This document shows, one piece after another, positions 61,223 through 64,000 of a stretch of DNA of 64,000 bases. Both the position numbers and the translations under genes were made by a program. The notes beneath the pieces are model-generated. The model was not told where the DNA came from. It did not search any database and was given only the letters and a program-made list of their open reading frames with translations. Each line of letters begins with the position of its first letter. The first letter of the stretch is position 1. The DNA is taken from the sequence record MT150133.1; one strand, written 5' to 3'. The DNA is from Enterobacteria phage vB_EcoM_IME540.

Positions 61223-62163
61223 TGTATACTTTACAAGAATTTCAGAATCAGGCAATTAATATTGACCTACAAAGGAATAACCTGTTTAGTGTGGTATTTG
61301 CCACAGTTCCTTCTTCTAAATCTCAGACGCTCCTCGACCAGTTCGGTGGAGCTTTATTTAACAATATCCCATTGAATAGCGATTTGTTTGGTATTACACA
61401 AGGAGAGTTGACCCAAGGTGTTACGACATTAGTGACAGCGGGCACTCAGAAGTTGATTCGTAAGTCAGGCATAAGTAAATATTTGATTGGAGCTATGTCA
61501 TCCAGGGTTGTGCAGAGCTTACTAGGAGAGTTTGAAGTAGGTACATATCTGATGGATTTTTTCAATATGGCCTATCCTACGGCAGGTCTTTTAGTCCACG
61601 CCGTTAAAATCCCGGATAATACTTTGAACTATGAAATGGATTTGAACCACAACTCACCTAACATCAAAATTACCGGAAGAGAATATTCTCCATTAGTATT
61701 AAGCTTCCGTATGGATTCTGAAGCTGCTAACTACCGTGCTTTTAATGATTGGGTCAATAGTGTTCAAGACCCTATTACACAATTAAGAGCATTACCGGAG
61801 GATGTTGAAGCTGACATTCAAGTCAACCTTCATTCCCGTAATGGATTACCACATACGGTAGTAATGCTTAATGGTTGCGTTCCAATGAGCGTATCTTCCC
61901 CGGAATTATCTTACGACGGTGATAACCAAATTGCTTCATTTGATGTTACATTTGCTTATAGAAGTGTACAGACTGGTGCAGTTGGCAAACAAGCTGCTTA
62001 TGAATGGTTGGAAGATAAAGTCCTTAAAGGCGTGGCGGGTATAAGTGAGAGCAATTCCCTGAGTTCTTCAGTGGCCAAATTAAGTAGACTTTCAGGAGCT
62101 TCTAGTGGATTAACAGGATTAGTTAATACATTCGGCGGGCGTGCTATTAATAATGGAATATAG
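61222..62163 (+). CDS. 54: baseplate tail tube initiator gp54
   Basis: 313 aa; TAATG-coupled to gene 48. Confidence 0.9.
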   Translation: MYTLQEFQNQAINIDLQRNNLFSVVFATVPSSKSQTLLDQFGGALFNNIPLNSDLFGITQGELTQGVTTLVTAGTQKLIRKSGISKYLIGAMSSRVVQSLLGEFEVGTYLMDFFNMAYPTAGLLVHAVKIPDNTLNYEMDLNHNSPNIKITGREYSPLVLSFRMDSEAANYRAFNDWVNSVQDPITQLRALPEDVEADIQVNLHSRNGLPHTVVMLNGCVPMSVSSPELSYDGDNQIASFDVTFAYRSVQTGAVGKQAAYEWLEDKVLKGVAGISESNSLSSSVAKLSRLSGASSGLTGLVNTFGGRAINNGI

Positions 62164-62175
62164 AGGTTGCTATAA

Positions 62176-62203
62176 CAAAAAAGGAGAGCGTACGCTCTCC
62201 TTT
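62176..62203. terminator. bidirectional terminator AAAAAA-GGAGAGCG-TA-CGCTCTCC-TTT
   Basis: Perfect 8-bp stem flanked by an A-run and a T-run between convergent genes. Confidence 0.65.
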
Positions 62204-62209
62204 AGGGGT

Positions 62210-62500
62210 TTATTTACGGAACGAAATGAAACCTGCTGCAGTCATTAGTGGTTGCTTTTTAACAAACACCGTGACTGAAATAGGAGCTTCAGATTCGAGT
62301 TGTCCTGTCACTACACCATTAAAGATATTTTCAGTTTGTTCCGGCTGAGAAAAGTTCTCAACAGGACGGATATCAAATTGCTTATCTTCACCGAAAACTC
62401 GACGCAATTCATTACCAACTGCACTGTCAAACTCTTCGGAAGCAGGGATAACGTTTTCAACTACCAGTTCTTGACCATTAAAACGGAATGCAGATTTCAT
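62210..62500 (-). CDS. hypothetical protein, 96 aa
   Basis: ATG 62500 with RBS GAGGAG in conserved leader ACACAAACATGAGGAGAACATT. Confidence 0.5.
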   Translation of the reverse strand: MKSAFRFNGQELVVENVIPASEEFDSAVGNELRRVFGEDKQFDIRPVENFSQPEQTENIFNGVVTGQLESEAPISVTVFVKKQPLMTAAGFISFRK

Positions 62501-62528
62501 AATGTTCTCCTCATGTTTGTGTAAGGTA

Positions 62529-62558
62529 ATAGTAACACCATCCTTGGCGTTTGTAAAC
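62529..62558 (-). promoter_or_regulatory. early promoter (-35 GTTTAC, 18 bp, -10 TACTAT) with conserved leader
   Basis: Minus strand GTTTACAAACGCCAAGGATGGTGTTACTATTACCTTACACAAACATGAGGAGAACATT-ATG. Confidence 0.5.
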
Positions 62559-64000
62559 TACCCTTGTACAAATTTATATTGGAGAGCGTCGATATCTATA
62601 CAAGAAGCTAACAAGCCAAGACCTCTGTCTGAGTTCTTTTTCTTCTCATTAGAAACAAATGAATCAAAAGAAAGCTCACCACCATCTTTATAGACAACGA
62701 GTTCTCCTGTTTCCATTAGGGCATCACCGTCGTATACTACAGCTTCATTAAGTTCATCTGCAGTCATTACTTCGGCTTGAATAAACTTATTGTTAGAACG
62801 AGTAGTCCCGTTGTTATATGAGGCATCTGTAATTTTATTGATTTTAACCATCAACCCTCTAGGAAGAATTACTTCCATTTCGTTAGAAGGGGCTAGGTCT
62901 CCACCAGGTAAAACGACATTTACTTTATTAGCACCAGTAATGGCCCAACCGATACCTACTAAGGTATCTTTAACTGAATATACCAAGCCTTCATCAGATT
63001 TATCTAAAGCAACATCTCGACGCTTTTCATCAGGTAAAACACCAACACCAGAATCAGTCATCCATGTACCAAAAATATTTGGATAAAGTGATGTTGATAC
63101 AAAGTTCCTGAAATAGAATACTTTGTTTTTAACCATAGCCAGGTAAATATCAGGAATCATTCGTTGAGAACGATAAAGCGTGATACCTTCCGGAAGTTGT
63201 TCACCATTTTCAAAAGCAGAATCTAAGTTATTGATAGCTTTTTCTATCTCTTCATTAGTCAAAATACTGGTTCTTGTATTAGGGTCGCGGATTCCTAAAA
63301 GAACATTATTCATATCTTCGTAACCGGAGCCAACGTATTCACGAATACCACGCTTCTGTGCTGGTGTATAACGAGATACGTCTTTATTTTCTACAATAGA
63401 ATGTAATTGCCAACCCGCGGTAAGAGCATAAACACGCAGTTCGCGCTGAATAATTTTGGTCTTTATAGCATTCCAAGAATTTTCGGCTAACTCTATGGCT
63501 TCGTGATAACCTAAGTGAGAATGCCAGGCCATTAGTTTTTGAAGCCAAGGGCCTTTATATTCTTCGATGACATCATCAACCACTGAAGCATAATTTTCTA
63601 GAGCTTTTACTGAAGTCACATTTAATCCATGTAATTTCTCAAAAGCTCTCATTTTTATGTCGGTATTAATTTCTTCCATTTTATCTTCTGGAATAAGAAG
63701 GTTGTCTTTAAACGACATACCGCCGGTATTAGCACTAATGGTATTTTCTAAAGCCAAGAAAGAATTAGAAATAACCTTTATTTCATTTGCTTCCGGCATT
63801 AAAGGACCTGTAGCAGGTTTATTCAATTCGACAGCATTAGACTCAAATTTCTTAAACATTGGAGTTTCGAAACGAGATGATTCTAAGGATTGCGACATAG
63901 CAATAGCACGACGTGAAATCTTAGTCTTGGTAATGACAGCCTTATCAGTACGTTTCTCTTCAACTTTAGCTATACTTGCCGAGACGGCTTCGGCCTTACT
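62558..64000 (-). CDS. alt: Alt-type ADP-ribosyltransferase, C-terminal ~480 codons; start lies beyond the window end
   Basis: Frame open from 64000 to stop at 62558; R-S-E ADP-ribosyltransferase triad candidates LYRSQR, FVSTSL, EMEVIL; position next to 54 as in T4. Confidence 0.75.
   Translation of the reverse strand, partial: SKAEAVSASIAKVEEKRTDKAVITKTKISRRAIAMSQSLESSRFETPMFKKFESNAVELNKPATGPLMPEANEIKVISNSFLALENTISANTGGMSFKDNLLIPEDKMEEINTDIKMRAFEKLHGLNVTSVKALENYASVVDDVIEEYKGPWLQKLMAWHSHLGYHEAIELAENSWNAIKTKIIQRELRVYALTAGWQLHSIVENKDVSRYTPAQKRGIREYVGSGYEDMNNVLLGIRDPNTRTSILTNEEIEKAINNLDSAFENGEQLPEGITLYRSQRMIPDIYLAMVKNKVFYFRNFVSTSLYPNIFGTWMTDSGVGVLPDEKRRDVALDKSDEGLVYSVKDTLVGIGWAITGANKVNVVLPGGDLAPSNEMEVILPRGLMVKINKITDASYNNGTTRSNNKFIQAEVMTADELNEAVVYDGDALMETGELVVYKDGGELSFDSFVSNEKKKNSDRGLGLLASCIDIDALQYKFVQG

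Overview
This window is a 64-kb segment of a T4-like (Tevenvirinae-type) myovirus genome, with no host DNA and no CRISPR array. Positions 1-14948 are on the minus strand: partial endolysin e, Nudix nudE, a run of about 25 small early ORFs of unknown function, a reduced tRNA/segB cluster, two internal-protein-like genes, then 57B (Acb1-type 2H phosphoesterase), 57A, 1, 3, 2 and 4. Positions 14994-62163 are the conserved late structural block: 53, 5, 5.1, 5.4, 6-12, wac, 13-19, 20, 67, 68, 21, 22, 23, two tandem gene-24 paralogs, then rnlB/hoc/inh (minus), uvsW, uvsW.1, uvsY/25/26 (minus), 51, 27, 28, 29, 48 and 54. The window ends inside an Alt-type ADP-ribosyltransferase gene (minus). Four homing-endonuclease genes interrupt the conserved order. 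The structural genes are identified by strong recalled similarity to T4 proteins; the early-region ORFs are mostly uncharacterised. The most unusual content is in the early region 959-11500: repeated promoter-leader cassettes, identical terminator repeats, a four-gene array of small acidic paralogs, a shared C-terminal peptide module on three unrelated proteins, a PspA/IM30-like protein, and capsid-targeting-signal proteins beside Acb1. All calls are by eye from the sequence; no database search or RNA folding was run.
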